Assembly: GCA_963729895.1 (NCBI GenBank)
Contig: CAVSQB010000027.1
Location: forward strand, 40,761 to 104,760
Source: an uncultured Fibrobacterota bacterium
Lineage (GTDB): Bacteria > Fibrobacterota > Chitinivibrionia > Chitinivibrionales > FEN-1185
Length of the DNA: 64,000 nucleotides
Reading direction: 5' to 3'
In this document: positions 10,043 to 20,130 of the stretch, piece after piece
How the letters are laid out: every line of letters begins with the position of its first letter
Numbering within the stretch: the stretch's first letter is position 1
Program-made: the position numbers and the translations under genes
Notes under the pieces: generated by a model
The model's database searches: none
Told to the model about the DNA's origin: nothing
Seen by the model: only the letters and a program-made list of their open reading frames with translations

Positions 10043-10981
10043 AATGTGCGTCGGACTTTCGATTGATGTGGCATCGACATAGAGCGCGGCGATCCTGCAA
10101 TATGCCCAGGCGCCGTACACGCCCAATGAGACCAGCGTCAGGAGTACCTGCGCCCAGGTAACCTTCCACACGTGGAAATACTCAAGCTTTACGCGCAGAG
10201 AATGCGTTGCCGCGCCGTCGCGTGAGATCACGGTCCTGTTGACGAAGTAATCATAGAGCTTTGCAATCGCAATTGGAAAGTAGATGCCGGCCGTGACCAG
10301 GGTCAGCAGAACCTGCGCGAGAATCGTAAGCATCGAGGGGCCCGCAGCGGTGTTCCATTCCACCGTAAAGCCTTTGTAGGTTATGTGTATCATCCATTTG
10401 TAGTACAAGTAGAAATACGGCACCAACACGACGTAGATAACCGCAAGGGAAACGATTCGCAAGGGAACGGATGCCTGGAACGCCTTCATCATATACGCGT
10501 ACCAGGCTCCCCACGCGATCAGGGGCAGAATCCCCGTCAGAAGGAGAATGGCGAAAAGATGCAGCCCTTTCCCGCCGAAACCGAACCTGCTTCCTTTGTA
10601 TTCGAGGTTGGACGAAATATGCCGCAGTACGTTCCGGATGTACCAGGGATAAAAGATCCCGAGGGTGACTATCGACAACAGGATATTCCCGATGTTAAGA
10701 AGCACAAAACCGCCGATGGTGCCTTTGTACCCGAACGGTTCATTGTCGAGCCGGACGCTCGCGAAAATCCTGGTGAGTACCGGCACCACCAGGACGAGCA
10801 GCGCCGCCATCATGAACGCAAACAGGAGAAAAAAATAGAAAAGGTTGGAAAGGTTCCGGGGCTCTGCGCGCATGTGCGCGGACAGGAAATGCATCGCTAT
10901 GTTGGGTACTGCATACACCATCAAGACGGCGAGGTACAGGCCGAACCAGTCCTTGCCTTTGAGCTTGAACGCAAACCTCAT
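10028..10981 (-). CDS. DUF898 (YjgN-like) membrane protein
   Basis: Repeated L..VTLGI(F/Y).PW and F.G.G motifs. GGAGG RBS before the ATG at 10981. Confidence 0.8.
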   Translation of the reverse strand: MRFAFKLKGKDWFGLYLAVLMVYAVPNIAMHFLSAHMRAEPRNLSNLFYFFLLFAFMMAALLVLVVPVLTRIFASVRLDNEPFGYKGTIGGFVLLNIGNILLSIVTLGIFYPWYIRNVLRHISSNLEYKGSRFGFGGKGLHLFAILLLTGILPLIAWGAWYAYMMKAFQASVPLRIVSLAVIYVVLVPYFYLYYKWMIHITYKGFTVEWNTAAGPSMLTILAQVLLTLVTAGIYFPIAIAKLYDYFVNRTVISRDGAATHSLRVKLEYFHVWKVTWAQVLLTLVSLGVYGAWAYCRIAALYVDATSIESPTHIHVEG

Positions 10982-11234
10982 GGAGACCTCCTTCGTGTGT
11001 GGAACGTGAGCGGACAGTCCGGCCGAAAAACCAGGTGACGCACACCAGAGTATACGGTCTTCGACGGCTTTTGTCAACGGCAACAGGCCCGGCGCATCGC
11101 CTCACCTTGAACGTGACCGAAGCATCCTCGATATCGGGGCTCACGCAACGCGAGCGGCTGGGACATCCCTATGGATTTTGTTTACGAACATTGAAATCGG
11201 ATCATTACGGGAGTTCGGATAGTATTTTTAAACA

Positions 11235-11939
11235 ATGACTATGCCGATGTTGGTCCCCATCCTCTTCGAATCCGCCGACATTATCGCCGTGGACAAACCG
11301 GAAGGCCTCACCTCCATTCCCGGGTCCGAAAAGGGAAAAGCCACGCTTCTGGAGCTGCTGACCGCGCAGTACGGCCGGAAGCTGTTTGTGGTTCACCGTC
11401 TTGACAAAGACGTGAGCGGGGTGATGCTGTTTGCCGCCGGCGCGGCCGCCCACAAATGCCTCAACGGCCAGTTTGCCGCGCACACCGTGCGCAAGGCGTA
11501 TCTCGCGCTTGTCCACGGAACGCTCGATGAGGAAAAAGGAAGCATCATCAAACCAATCCACCGGTTCGGCTCGGGCCGCATGGGCGTCGACCAGTTGCGG
11601 GGAAAACCGAGCAGCACGAACTTTGAGGTGCTGGAGAGGTCGGCGAAATATACTCTTGTCAAGGCCTTGCCCCTCACGGGCCGCACGCACCAGATCCGGG
11701 TGCATTTTTACAGCATCGGCCACCCCATCGTGGGAGACAGGCTCTACGGCGACACGGCGGCGCAGGCCGCGTTCCCGCGAATGATGCTTCATGCGCAGAC
11801 GATCACGTTCAAATTGTTGTCCGGCGAAGAGAAGACCCTTGAGGCGCCTGTGCCGCAATCGTTTGTTGCGGGGTTGGATTCGCTGCTCACTCATGACCGT
11901 CCGCATTTGCAAACATCCTTGACTTGCGGGCGAGAATAA
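11235..11939 (+). CDS. RluA-family RNA pseudouridine synthase
   Basis: VDKPEGL, VHRLDKDVSG, TGRTHQIRVH, GHPIVGD.LYG and LHA motifs. Confidence 0.95.
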   Translation: MTMPMLVPILFESADIIAVDKPEGLTSIPGSEKGKATLLELLTAQYGRKLFVVHRLDKDVSGVMLFAAGAAAHKCLNGQFAAHTVRKAYLALVHGTLDEEKGSIIKPIHRFGSGRMGVDQLRGKPSSTNFEVLERSAKYTLVKALPLTGRTHQIRVHFYSIGHPIVGDRLYGDTAAQAAFPRMMLHAQTITFKLLSGEEKTLEAPVPQSFVAGLDSLLTHDRPHLQTSLTCGRE

Positions 11940-11972
11940 TTTTGGGAAAGCAATGTTGGCAAAGGAGGATCA

Positions 11973-13298
11973 ATGAATCGCACGGTTCTCTCTTCCCTGC
12001 TTGCCATTACACTCTACGCGTGCGGGATCGATGCGGCAACCTTTCTTGTCGGACAAGCCCGCGCCTTCAAAACGCCGTCGGATGTTGCCGGCACCGTGGG
12101 CAATGGCGACACGGTACTGATCGATACCGGAACCTATACCGGGCAGGCATGCACCTGGAGCGCAAACAACCTGACGTTGCGGGGTGCTGCACGGTATGCA
12201 CATCTGATTCCGCCGAACCCGGTGCCCAATGAGAAAGCGATATGGATAATCGACGGACAGAATACGACGGTTGAGAATATAGAGTTTTCGGATGCCTCGA
12301 TATCCGATGCGGATGGCGGCAACGGCGCCGGCATCCGTCAGGAAGGCGTCAATCTCATTGTCCGGCATTGTTATTTTCATGATTGTCAGGATGGAATTCT
12401 TGAAAGCAATATTGCGGCGAGCAACATAACCATGGAATATTCGGAATTCGCCCGCTGCGGAAATGCGACCGGCCCGAATTCCGGTTACACTCACAATATT
12501 TACATCGGCCACTGTGCGTCGCTGACCATGCGGTTCTGCTATTCCCATGACGCACTGGTGGGACATACGCTCAAGAGCCGGGCCCATACGAATTACATTT
12601 TCTGCAACCGTATAATGTCGCTGAACAGCACCACCAGTTATGAAGCGAGTTTTCCGAACGGCGGGACGGCGTTTCTCATCGGCAATTGCGTTGAGCAGGG
12701 GCCCAATTCGCAGAATTCCGTGATTATTGACTACGGATCGGAAGGGCTTTCCGGGTACGATTCCTCATTTTATGTTGTCAACAATACGGTGGTCAACGAT
12801 CTCGGCAGCGGTACATTCGTGAGGATCGCGAATACGTCACAAGCCGCAAGAGTCATCAATAACCTCTTTTCCGGACCGGGAACACCGTATTCCGGGCCGG
12901 TTGACACAACGGCAAACATTTTCACCACTGCGCCGGGCTTTGTGGACAAAGCCAATTTCGATTACCACCTTACCGCAACATCGCCTGCGGTCGACAAGGG
13001 GGTAAATCCGGGCGCCGTGGGCTCCCTTAGTCTGGCGCCCGATTCACAGTATGTATACGACCTGAACGGGTCGCCGCGAAGCATTGTCGGGGCCGCCATC
13101 GATGTGGGTGCGTTTGAGTATTCGCCTTTATCCGTGGTGTCGCCGCAGGCCCCGATTCTGCAGATGTCGTCGAATCGCCGTGCTTACAGGCTCGGCTTTC
13201 ATCCGCGGCTGGACATGATGGGACGGTTGATTTCAGGTAATCAACAAAAGGCGGGAGCGCGTACAAGCGCGTTCATGATAGGGCCGGATCTTCCTTGA
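11973..13298 (+). CDS. Secreted right-handed parallel beta-helix protein
   Basis: Signal peptide, NGAGIR, HNIYIG and GH.LKSRA. DYHL...SPAVDKG...DVGAFE tail and a short C-terminal sorting-like segment. Confidence 0.8.
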   Translation: MNRTVLSSLLAITLYACGIDAATFLVGQARAFKTPSDVAGTVGNGDTVLIDTGTYTGQACTWSANNLTLRGAARYAHLIPPNPVPNEKAIWIIDGQNTTVENIEFSDASISDADGGNGAGIRQEGVNLIVRHCYFHDCQDGILESNIAASNITMEYSEFARCGNATGPNSGYTHNIYIGHCASLTMRFCYSHDALVGHTLKSRAHTNYIFCNRIMSLNSTTSYEASFPNGGTAFLIGNCVEQGPNSQNSVIIDYGSEGLSGYDSSFYVVNNTVVNDLGSGTFVRIANTSQAARVINNLFSGPGTPYSGPVDTTANIFTTAPGFVDKANFDYHLTATSPAVDKGVNPGAVGSLSLAPDSQYVYDLNGSPRSIVGAAIDVGAFEYSPLSVVSPQAPILQMSSNRRAYRLGFHPRLDMMGRLISGNQQKAGARTSAFMIGPDLP

Positions 13299-13346
13299 TT
13301 TTTTTCCGGACACATGCTGCACCGCAGGAACCGCAACGTGCGCCGA

Positions 13347-14069
13347 CTAGGCGGATTCCTGCTTTTCCATTGCCTTGTTGCGCAGGTCACGGGGCATTTT
13401 TTCTATCGCATACCGCAATGCCGTTCGCGGCATCACATTCCTGTTCTTCATGACGTACTCGAACACCTCCTGCGGGTGGAGCTTGCTCGCTTCCTTGAGC
13501 ATCCAGCCATAGCCTTTCTGCACCAGGTCGTCGCGGTCCTCAAGCAGGATGCCGGCGATGTCGAAAACATCCTTGAGAAATCTGCCGTGGCGCGCCGGAA
13601 GAATGAGCGTGACCGCGGCGGCGCGCCGCTTCCACCGGTTGTCCGACGCGGCCCACGATTTCAACCGCTTCACGTATGCGGGAAACGCGTCCACAAAGGA
13701 ACCCACGGCGTGGTTGCACAGGGTGTCGCATTCGGCCCAGTTGCTCACAGAGGCGGAAAGCCAGCGTTCGAACACGGCAAAGTCGGCCTCCTCGAACGAC
13801 GCGTGCAGGTTGTAGGCCCATTCGTAGGCGATAATCGCCGCCTCGACATACCCGGACTTCAACAGTTCTTCACATAAGGCAAAGATCTCCTTCTTCCCGC
13901 GCTTCTTTACCAGCGCGAAATGCTCGCGTCCGATGCGGCGATAAGCCGTTGAAGGCGCGCCGTAGAACTTCACCTTTTCCTTGAAGAACGTTTCCGCGGT
14001 CTTCCTGGATTTTTCGCTGCCGCTTTGCTTGAGCGACCGCTGGATGCTTCGGACGACGTCATCCGTCAT
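13347..14069 (-). CDS. DNA alkylation repair protein (AlkD-like)
   Basis: NWAECD, W.SDNRWKRRAA, DLVQKGYGWMLKE and PRTALRYAIEK motifs. Confidence 0.92.
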   Translation of the reverse strand: MTDDVVRSIQRSLKQSGSEKSRKTAETFFKEKVKFYGAPSTAYRRIGREHFALVKKRGKKEIFALCEELLKSGYVEAAIIAYEWAYNLHASFEEADFAVFERWLSASVSNWAECDTLCNHAVGSFVDAFPAYVKRLKSWAASDNRWKRRAAAVTLILPARHGRFLKDVFDIAGILLEDRDDLVQKGYGWMLKEASKLHPQEVFEYVMKNRNVMPRTALRYAIEKMPRDLRNKAMEKQESA

Positions 14070-14223
14070 AAGCGCTTCTCTTTCCTTGTTGCAAACGGTT
14101 GTTTCACGACATTGGTTTGGGGTAACTCCCGTCGCAACCGTTGTTTTGTCGCGACGGGCTCACCTCGATCGGCAATTCCATGCAGATTTCGGCCCTTTTC
14201 CCTTCGCCCTGAAGCAGGAATAG

Positions 14224-14532
14224 TTATCCTGTTACCCCGAATACCTGGTCCCAATTCACCTCATCCACCGGCCGTTTCTTTGTGGGGGCTGCGGACGGGT
14301 TGGCTCCGGACGGTATGTTGCCCATCGCTCCGCACTCTCTCAAGATCTGTTGGCATTGGCACAGGCATGGGTTATTTGCATCCCCGTTCATGCTTTGCCC
14401 GTTGGATGCGCCCATGGCAGGACTCGTACCGGATTGTGTGACGCCCGGGGATGCCGGGTCGCCTGCAAAGGAAAGAACCGCGCTTACGAGAACCGCCGAA
14501 ACCGCCCCGATAATGATTCTTTGAAGTTTCAT
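14224..14532 (-). CDS. Small secreted hypothetical protein
   Basis: N-terminal signal peptide, GGAG RBS and CLCQC motif. Confidence 0.55.
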   Translation of the reverse strand: MKLQRIIIGAVSAVLVSAVLSFAGDPASPGVTQSGTSPAMGASNGQSMNGDANNPCLCQCQQILRECGAMGNIPSGANPSAAPTKKRPVDEVNWDQVFGVTG

Positions 14533-14735
14533 GGGGAACTCCTTTCACTTTTTTCAGGAGTACACCTCCCCTTTCCCTCCTCACTAAAAATACGCCGGAA
14601 ACCGCCGTCATATTGCCCGAAACGCAGAAACCCAGGCGGCTGCGACGCCGCAAGCCTGGGAATCCTCGCGGCCGGACAATGATGTGTCAAGGCCCATTTG
14701 TCGGTTCGGTTGCTTTTTCCAGGCAGGCGTAGCGC

Positions 14736-15449
14736 TTACGCGGAAGGCGTGGAACAGGAAATGTCTTCAAACACAAGGCAGGCGTTGCCCGTGCCTCCGC
14801 AATCGACCTCGAGCGAATACTTCAAGTCGGCCTGCACATCGTCGAATTCGAATTCCACGCTCTGGTCGCCCTGTTGGGTTCCATCGGTCATCGCCATCGT
14901 TTTGCTGTAGGTGGCCTCGGAATCGGTGCTGAAAAGCCTGAATGAATCGTTTTGGAGGCGCTCGTCGCTCGCATCAGCCTCGATGCGGACAACGATGGAC
15001 GCGGCGGCATGCGGAAGGGTGAGCGTTTCGCTTTCCGCCTTCTTGTCGGCGCGCGAATGCTCGGCCGTAAAGAAATAGTCGACGGAACCGTCTTTGTAGT
15101 CGTCGGGAAAGAAGAGCTGGAGCTGGGCCTGGGCCACGCCGCCGTCCTCATTGGCGTCGGCCTTGTGCTTGAGGTCCTGATCCGCCCCCTGGTAGGTGCA
15201 GAACAGTTTGAACGTTACGCGGGTCTGCGAGGTTTGCTCCTTGTACGCAACGGAGACCTGCACCGCGCATTTGTCGTTGAACCCGATTCCCGCGTCCGGC
15301 GGAACGAATTTCGCGTCCGACAACGTCACGATCGACCCGGCCTTTTCCCCGGCCGGGTCGTCGGCCGCCGCGGGTTGTTGCTTGTCGTCGTCGTGCACGG
15401 GCTTCATGAAAAAGCCCGGGTCGTTGATGTCATGCCAGGGTTCGGACAT
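14736..15449 (-). CDS. Acidic hypothetical protein with two probable beta-sandwich domains
   Basis: 237-aa ORF with GGAG RBS and GC-rich third positions. No family recognised. Confidence 0.65.
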   Translation of the reverse strand: MSEPWHDINDPGFFMKPVHDDDKQQPAAADDPAGEKAGSIVTLSDAKFVPPDAGIGFNDKCAVQVSVAYKEQTSQTRVTFKLFCTYQGADQDLKHKADANEDGGVAQAQLQLFFPDDYKDGSVDYFFTAEHSRADKKAESETLTLPHAAASIVVRIEADASDERLQNDSFRLFSTDSEATYSKTMAMTDGTQQGDQSVEFEFDDVQADLKYSLEVDCGGTGNACLVFEDISCSTPSA

Positions 15450-15631
15450 ACGGTTAACGCTCCTTGTAGGGATTGCAGCAAGGGCCCTTGTCTAAAATAC
15501 GAAACGAAAAGAGCTGCTGCCAGTTTCTTGTGATCGGAAGAGGAAGCGGCGGATCACCGGCTAGCGCGGCGTCCGTGGGATGAGGGGCTTGCTGCAGCGG
15601 TCCTGTCTAACCGTGACTACCCGCGAAGACA

Positions 15632-16954
15632 TTATCTGAGATACTTGACGAAACAAATGCCTTCCTTGGCAATTGACAAAGGCAAACACGCGGTGGTCCC
15701 CGAGATGTGTTGTTTTTTCCACAACCTGACGCCGTTCACACTGTACACTTCAAATCCCTTCACATCGGAAGGCACCGGTATTTCCGGGCTGCCGCGGGAA
15801 ACTGCCAGCAACTTCCCGCACGCATCAAAAGGTTTGGTCTGACGATCAGCCCCGGTTTTCCCGGAAACAACAGCCGTGGGAATAGCCGCGATCAGCGAAA
15901 CGCCTTCCCCTGCCAGAAGGAATGCGCCGTGGCCTTCCGGAATTGAAGTTGCCATGGTCGGGCTGCCCGGTTGGTTGCTCCACGGCTGCCCGTAGCCGAC
16001 CCTCCCGTTCGTGTCCACAACCTTGACAAGCGCCGACCATGCCTTGCGGATGGGGGGCACAAATGTGCCCGTATCCAATATCCCCCACGACACGCCGAGC
16101 GCCATTGCGTAGGCGAAAAACGAGGTACAGCTTGACTCGGGGTTTGGAAACTCGGTCGGCTCGAAAAGGCTCGTACGCCACATTCCATCAGGCTGCTGCT
16201 TGCTGCGAATGGTATCGCAGAACATTTTGAATGTCGCCTCCCACGCCGGCCTGTACTTTGAATTCGCCGGCATGTACTTGAGCGCGCGAACAAGGCCTCC
16301 CAGCACCCAGGCGTTTCCCGGGCCCCAGAACTGCGGATAGCCGTCGGCGGTTTTCTTGAAACTTGCCAGCGTGTTCCAGTACCAGAGCTTATACACCGTG
16401 TCCTGGAAATCTTTTTCCGCCCCGCGGAACATGACGTTGAGGGAATCGTAATACATCGGATTTCCGGTAATGTACCCCATCATGGCGAAATCCGGCAGGC
16501 CCATATAGACGGCGTCCTGCCATCCGAAAAGATGATTGACCGGCTGTTGCAGTATTCCGTCGAGTGCGGTTTTTGAGACCTGATATTTGGAGGCATTGGC
16601 CGGAACCGAGTCCACGATATACCGTTCGCAGAACGTCTGGATGCAGCACAGGTTGTCGCCGGTCCCGCCGCCCCACGTCCAGTTCCAGCCGTTTCCCCAC
16701 TTGTCAATGCTGTCGAGCCATTGCTGCTCCTTGGTGGTACGGTAGAGGCCCGTGATGCCGGTCATGATGGTGCCGCCGTCCCAGTTCCTGTTGATGCCGG
16801 CGGCGGTGCCGCCGCCCCAGGTGGCAAAGGCGTATCTCGCCACCTTCCGCATAATGCTCTTGATGCTGTCCGGGCTGAACTCGTCCGCGCTTGCCGCCTG
16901 AGCGATCAACAAAAGTGAGACGAGAATGACGGCCGCCCGAAAACTGCTTCTCAT
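15632..16954 (-). CDS. Secreted GH105/GH88-family unsaturated glycuronyl hydrolase
   Basis: W.DAVYMG, FWGPGNAWV.GGL, Q.PDGMWR.SL, ESSCTSFFAY and G.GAFLLAG motifs. Signal peptide from MRSSF and a C-terminal YSVNG-type sorting domain. Confidence 0.88.
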   Translation of the reverse strand: MRSSFRAAVILVSLLLIAQAASADEFSPDSIKSIMRKVARYAFATWGGGTAAGINRNWDGGTIMTGITGLYRTTKEQQWLDSIDKWGNGWNWTWGGGTGDNLCCIQTFCERYIVDSVPANASKYQVSKTALDGILQQPVNHLFGWQDAVYMGLPDFAMMGYITGNPMYYDSLNVMFRGAEKDFQDTVYKLWYWNTLASFKKTADGYPQFWGPGNAWVLGGLVRALKYMPANSKYRPAWEATFKMFCDTIRSKQQPDGMWRTSLFEPTEFPNPESSCTSFFAYAMALGVSWGILDTGTFVPPIRKAWSALVKVVDTNGRVGYGQPWSNQPGSPTMATSIPEGHGAFLLAGEGVSLIAAIPTAVVSGKTGADRQTKPFDACGKLLAVSRGSPEIPVPSDVKGFEVYSVNGVRLWKKQHISGTTACLPLSIAKEGICFVKYLR

Positions 16955-17163
16955 AAGATACCCCTTTGTGCCGTGCAACGGCACATCCTGAATATAATGA
17001 TTTTTCCCGCGCGCGCCGTTGAATTGTTCCATTGCCGGAGGTGCAGGCCGCCGGCGTGCGTGCCCGGGTTGTGCGGGGTCGTATACAAACTGAATACATA
17101 AACTGGTTTTCTTCCCCGTTTTCCGGTGTATCACCTCCGCACTTTATGGTAGATTTATCGTAT

Positions 17164-18021
17164 ATGGAAAAGGTCTTCACCTACATTGATTACCGAAAAT
17201 TCCTCCTCGATTATTACAATGAGAAGAAGGCCACCACGCACTTTTTTTCCTACCGGTATTTCTCGAACAAGGCAAGCATCAAGTCGCCGGTGTTCCTCAA
17301 GCAGGTGATTGAGGGCGAGCGCAATCTCACCCTGCAAACCATCGACAAATTCATCGGCGCGCTCAATCTTAACAAAAAGGAAGCCACGTTCTTCCGGCAC
17401 CTGGTCCAGTTCAATCAGTCGACAACGGCGATCGAAAAGCAGGAACACTACAGTGTCATGCTGTCGATGATGGACTACGTCAACGAGCACCGGCTCTCTG
17501 CTGACCAGTATGCCTACTTCGATACGTGGTTCAACAGCGCGGTGCGCGAGCTGATCTGCCTGTACGATTTCCGCGACAACTGGGACCTGCTTGCACGAAG
17601 CGTGCGGCCGGCCATTACGCCGCGCGACGCGAAACAGTCGGTGGAACTGCTCGTGAGGCTCAACCTGGTGAAGAAACAGAAAAACGGCTCCTACCGGCAG
17701 ACCGATTCGGCCATAACCAGCGGCGGCGACGTTCTCTCCCCGGCCAGGCGTTCGTTCAACAGCGCCATGCTCCTGCTCGCCCGCGATTCCAACGAATCCC
17801 TTCCGCCCGACGTGAGGAACATCTCGGGCGTCACCCTGGGCATATCAAAAGCGTGCTACCACGTGCTCATCGCCGAACTCACGGCATTCAAGGAACGGGT
17901 GATCTCTATTGTCAACAGGGATGAGGAAAGCAGCAGGGTATACCAGTTCAATTTCCAGCTTTTTCCGCTGAGTGAAGATACGAACGACATCAAGACGCAC
18001 GACAAAGGGACCGACCGATGA
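17164..18021 (+). CDS. TIGR02147-family putative DNA-binding protein (copy 1)
   Basis: Y.DYR.FL.DYY, FSYRYFS, V..G.RNL, W...AVREL, R.ISG.T and VYQFNFQLFP motifs. Confidence 0.88.
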   Translation: MEKVFTYIDYRKFLLDYYNEKKATTHFFSYRYFSNKASIKSPVFLKQVIEGERNLTLQTIDKFIGALNLNKKEATFFRHLVQFNQSTTAIEKQEHYSVMLSMMDYVNEHRLSADQYAYFDTWFNSAVRELICLYDFRDNWDLLARSVRPAITPRDAKQSVELLVRLNLVKKQKNGSYRQTDSAITSGGDVLSPARRSFNSAMLLLARDSNESLPPDVRNISGVTLGISKACYHVLIAELTAFKERVISIVNRDEESSRVYQFNFQLFPLSEDTNDIKTHDKGTDR

Positions 18022-19631
18022 GAGCGTTTTTTATAGCCGCCGCATTCTGCCTGGCGATTTCCTGCCAGCGAACCGCGGACCTCGCCGGCGGCACCAGTTC
18101 GTCGGAGAACGCAAAAGTCAACGGCACCATAACCGATGCGACGGGCGCTCCGGCGTCCGGCGCGCGGGTGATGCTCATACCGTCCGGCCTCAATCCGGCC
18201 CTGGGCCAGCCTGGCAAGAGCATCGCCCGCGACACGACCAACGGTGCGGGCGCCTATGCGTTCGACGGCATCGCTCCGGGGACGTATAATATCCAGGCCG
18301 CAAGCGCGGCAAACGGCACGTCGCTCCTTATCACCGGAATCGCGCTCAACAGCAAAGACTCCCTTACCGTTCCGCCGGATACGCTCCGTGGAAACGGCAC
18401 CATCATCGTCGTGTTCAAAAATTCCCCCGATTCTTCAGCACTCAATGTTTACATTCCAGGAACCACCTGTTTTGAGACCGTTGCGGCCAACGCCACGTCC
18501 GTTGCGATCGATTCGGTTCCGTGTGGGACCATTCCTTCCGTCCTCATGCAGAAAAACGGAACGTCCGCTCCCGTTCTTGTCGGCAGCAACGTGAGCGTTC
18601 AGCCGTCCGACACCACCTATCTTTCGAATTCGGCGAAAATCTATATCAACACCTCCTCGACAGGCGCCAATGTTTCCCAAACAATAACCCATTTCCCCCT
18701 GCTCGTCCGCCTGGATTCCACGTTTGCGTTCGGCCAGGCCAGGCCCGACGGCGGCGATATCCGGTTTGCAAAACAGGACGGAACGCCGCTCCATTACGAA
18801 ATCGCGCGCTGGGACACCGCTGCCAAACAGGCTGCCGTGTGGGTCTCGGTGGATACCGTGTACCCGAATTCCTACACACAGCATATTACCATGTCGTGGG
18901 GATATTCCACCTTGCAAAGCGCGTCGAACTCTGCGGCGGTTTTCACTACCTCTTTCGGTTTTGCCGGGGTGTGGCACCTCGAAGATGCGGCAACGGCCCT
19001 GGGAACGGCGATGGCGTTTAGAGACGCAACGAACAACGCGGCCTGGGGATCCGACTTCATCGCCGCGGTCGACCGGGACGGCGTTGTCGGGCTGGGTCAC
19101 GATTTCAACGGATCGGATTATATCCTGGTGAGCAAACAGATCCTGTCGATGGCGTCGGGCGACTTTACCATCGCGCTGTGGGCGAATCTTCGCAGGGAAC
19201 GCGGCGCGCTCGTCTCAAAGGACACCGCGACCTCCCAGGATTCGTGCGCGCGGCAGTTGTACCTCGGCGATGCTCCGGGCGATTCAAGCGGCCTGTACCC
19301 CACGTTCGGCGGTAAGGCCTGCGGCACCGCAACGGCGAATGCGGCCGTGTCGCTCAACGCGTGGCATTACCTTGCGTTTACCTGGAGCAACGGATCGAAG
19401 ACGCCGTTGTTCTACATCGACGGCGTGCAAACGGGACTGTCTGCAAACTCGCTCACCTCGGGCTGTCCCGACAATCCGAGGGACAGGATCGTTTTCGGGT
19501 ACGATGTCCAGTACCTGTTCGGCTATCTTGACGAAATACATATTTCCGGAGCCGCACGGTCGGCCGGATGGATAAAACTCTCGTACGAAAATCAGCGGCC
19601 GGGCCAGACGCTCGTCACCATTGTGCAGTAG
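18018..19631 (+). CDS. Lipoprotein with carboxypeptidase-regulatory-like, DUF2341 and LamG domains
   Basis: Lipobox LAISC. FPLLVRL...DG.DIRF...L.YEI..W (DUF2341), GVWHL, WHYLAFT and G.LDE.HIS. Start overlaps the upstream stop (ATGA). Confidence 0.85.
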   Translation: MRAFFIAAAFCLAISCQRTADLAGGTSSSENAKVNGTITDATGAPASGARVMLIPSGLNPALGQPGKSIARDTTNGAGAYAFDGIAPGTYNIQAASAANGTSLLITGIALNSKDSLTVPPDTLRGNGTIIVVFKNSPDSSALNVYIPGTTCFETVAANATSVAIDSVPCGTIPSVLMQKNGTSAPVLVGSNVSVQPSDTTYLSNSAKIYINTSSTGANVSQTITHFPLLVRLDSTFAFGQARPDGGDIRFAKQDGTPLHYEIARWDTAAKQAAVWVSVDTVYPNSYTQHITMSWGYSTLQSASNSAAVFTTSFGFAGVWHLEDAATALGTAMAFRDATNNAAWGSDFIAAVDRDGVVGLGHDFNGSDYILVSKQILSMASGDFTIALWANLRRERGALVSKDTATSQDSCARQLYLGDAPGDSSGLYPTFGGKACGTATANAAVSLNAWHYLAFTWSNGSKTPLFYIDGVQTGLSANSLTSGCPDNPRDRIVFGYDVQYLFGYLDEIHISGAARSAGWIKLSYENQRPGQTLVTIVQ

Positions 19632-20130
19632 CGGTCATCCCGGCCGGAAACATTCTTTGACAGTACAAGCCAAGCTACCTGGGGCCGCTCACTTCTGTAT
19701 CTGGGTGACGTGGGTTTTTTGCAGGCAGAGGGGGGTCTGCTGCAGACGACGCATTTGGCTCCAGGTGCTTGTGCTTTTCCCGCCGCCATAGAGGGCGGGC
19801 ATTCTTAAAACGCAAATTGCCGGTACTCGTGCGCTATTCCTGTGCGTGGTTACCGGCTAGAAACCTCTTCCCGTTTGCGGAGGATGCCCGCCTCTTCTTT
19901 CCGCTGCAGCCGTCTCAGCCCCTTTATCGCACCCCGGCCTTTCACGTGGTTGTGGTACAAAGGGTTTCTATTGCGTATATTTCCAACCGGTTCCAACCGC
20001 ATCCGACAGTGCGTTGTTGCCGGCCCGTGCTTCAATGCCGGACTTCGTCGGAATTATTTTGTCGCGAGGCGCCTTGCTTTGGCAGGGGCATTTCCGCACG
20101 TGCTCGATCATCCGAATCCCGATGGTACCG

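Noticed and set aside
9472..10066. Arg/Pro-rich ORFs inside the repeat elements (also at about 27.0, 38.0, 42.4, 45.8 and 60.7 kb)
   Set aside because: Products of GC-rich palindromes. Frames are not conserved between copies.
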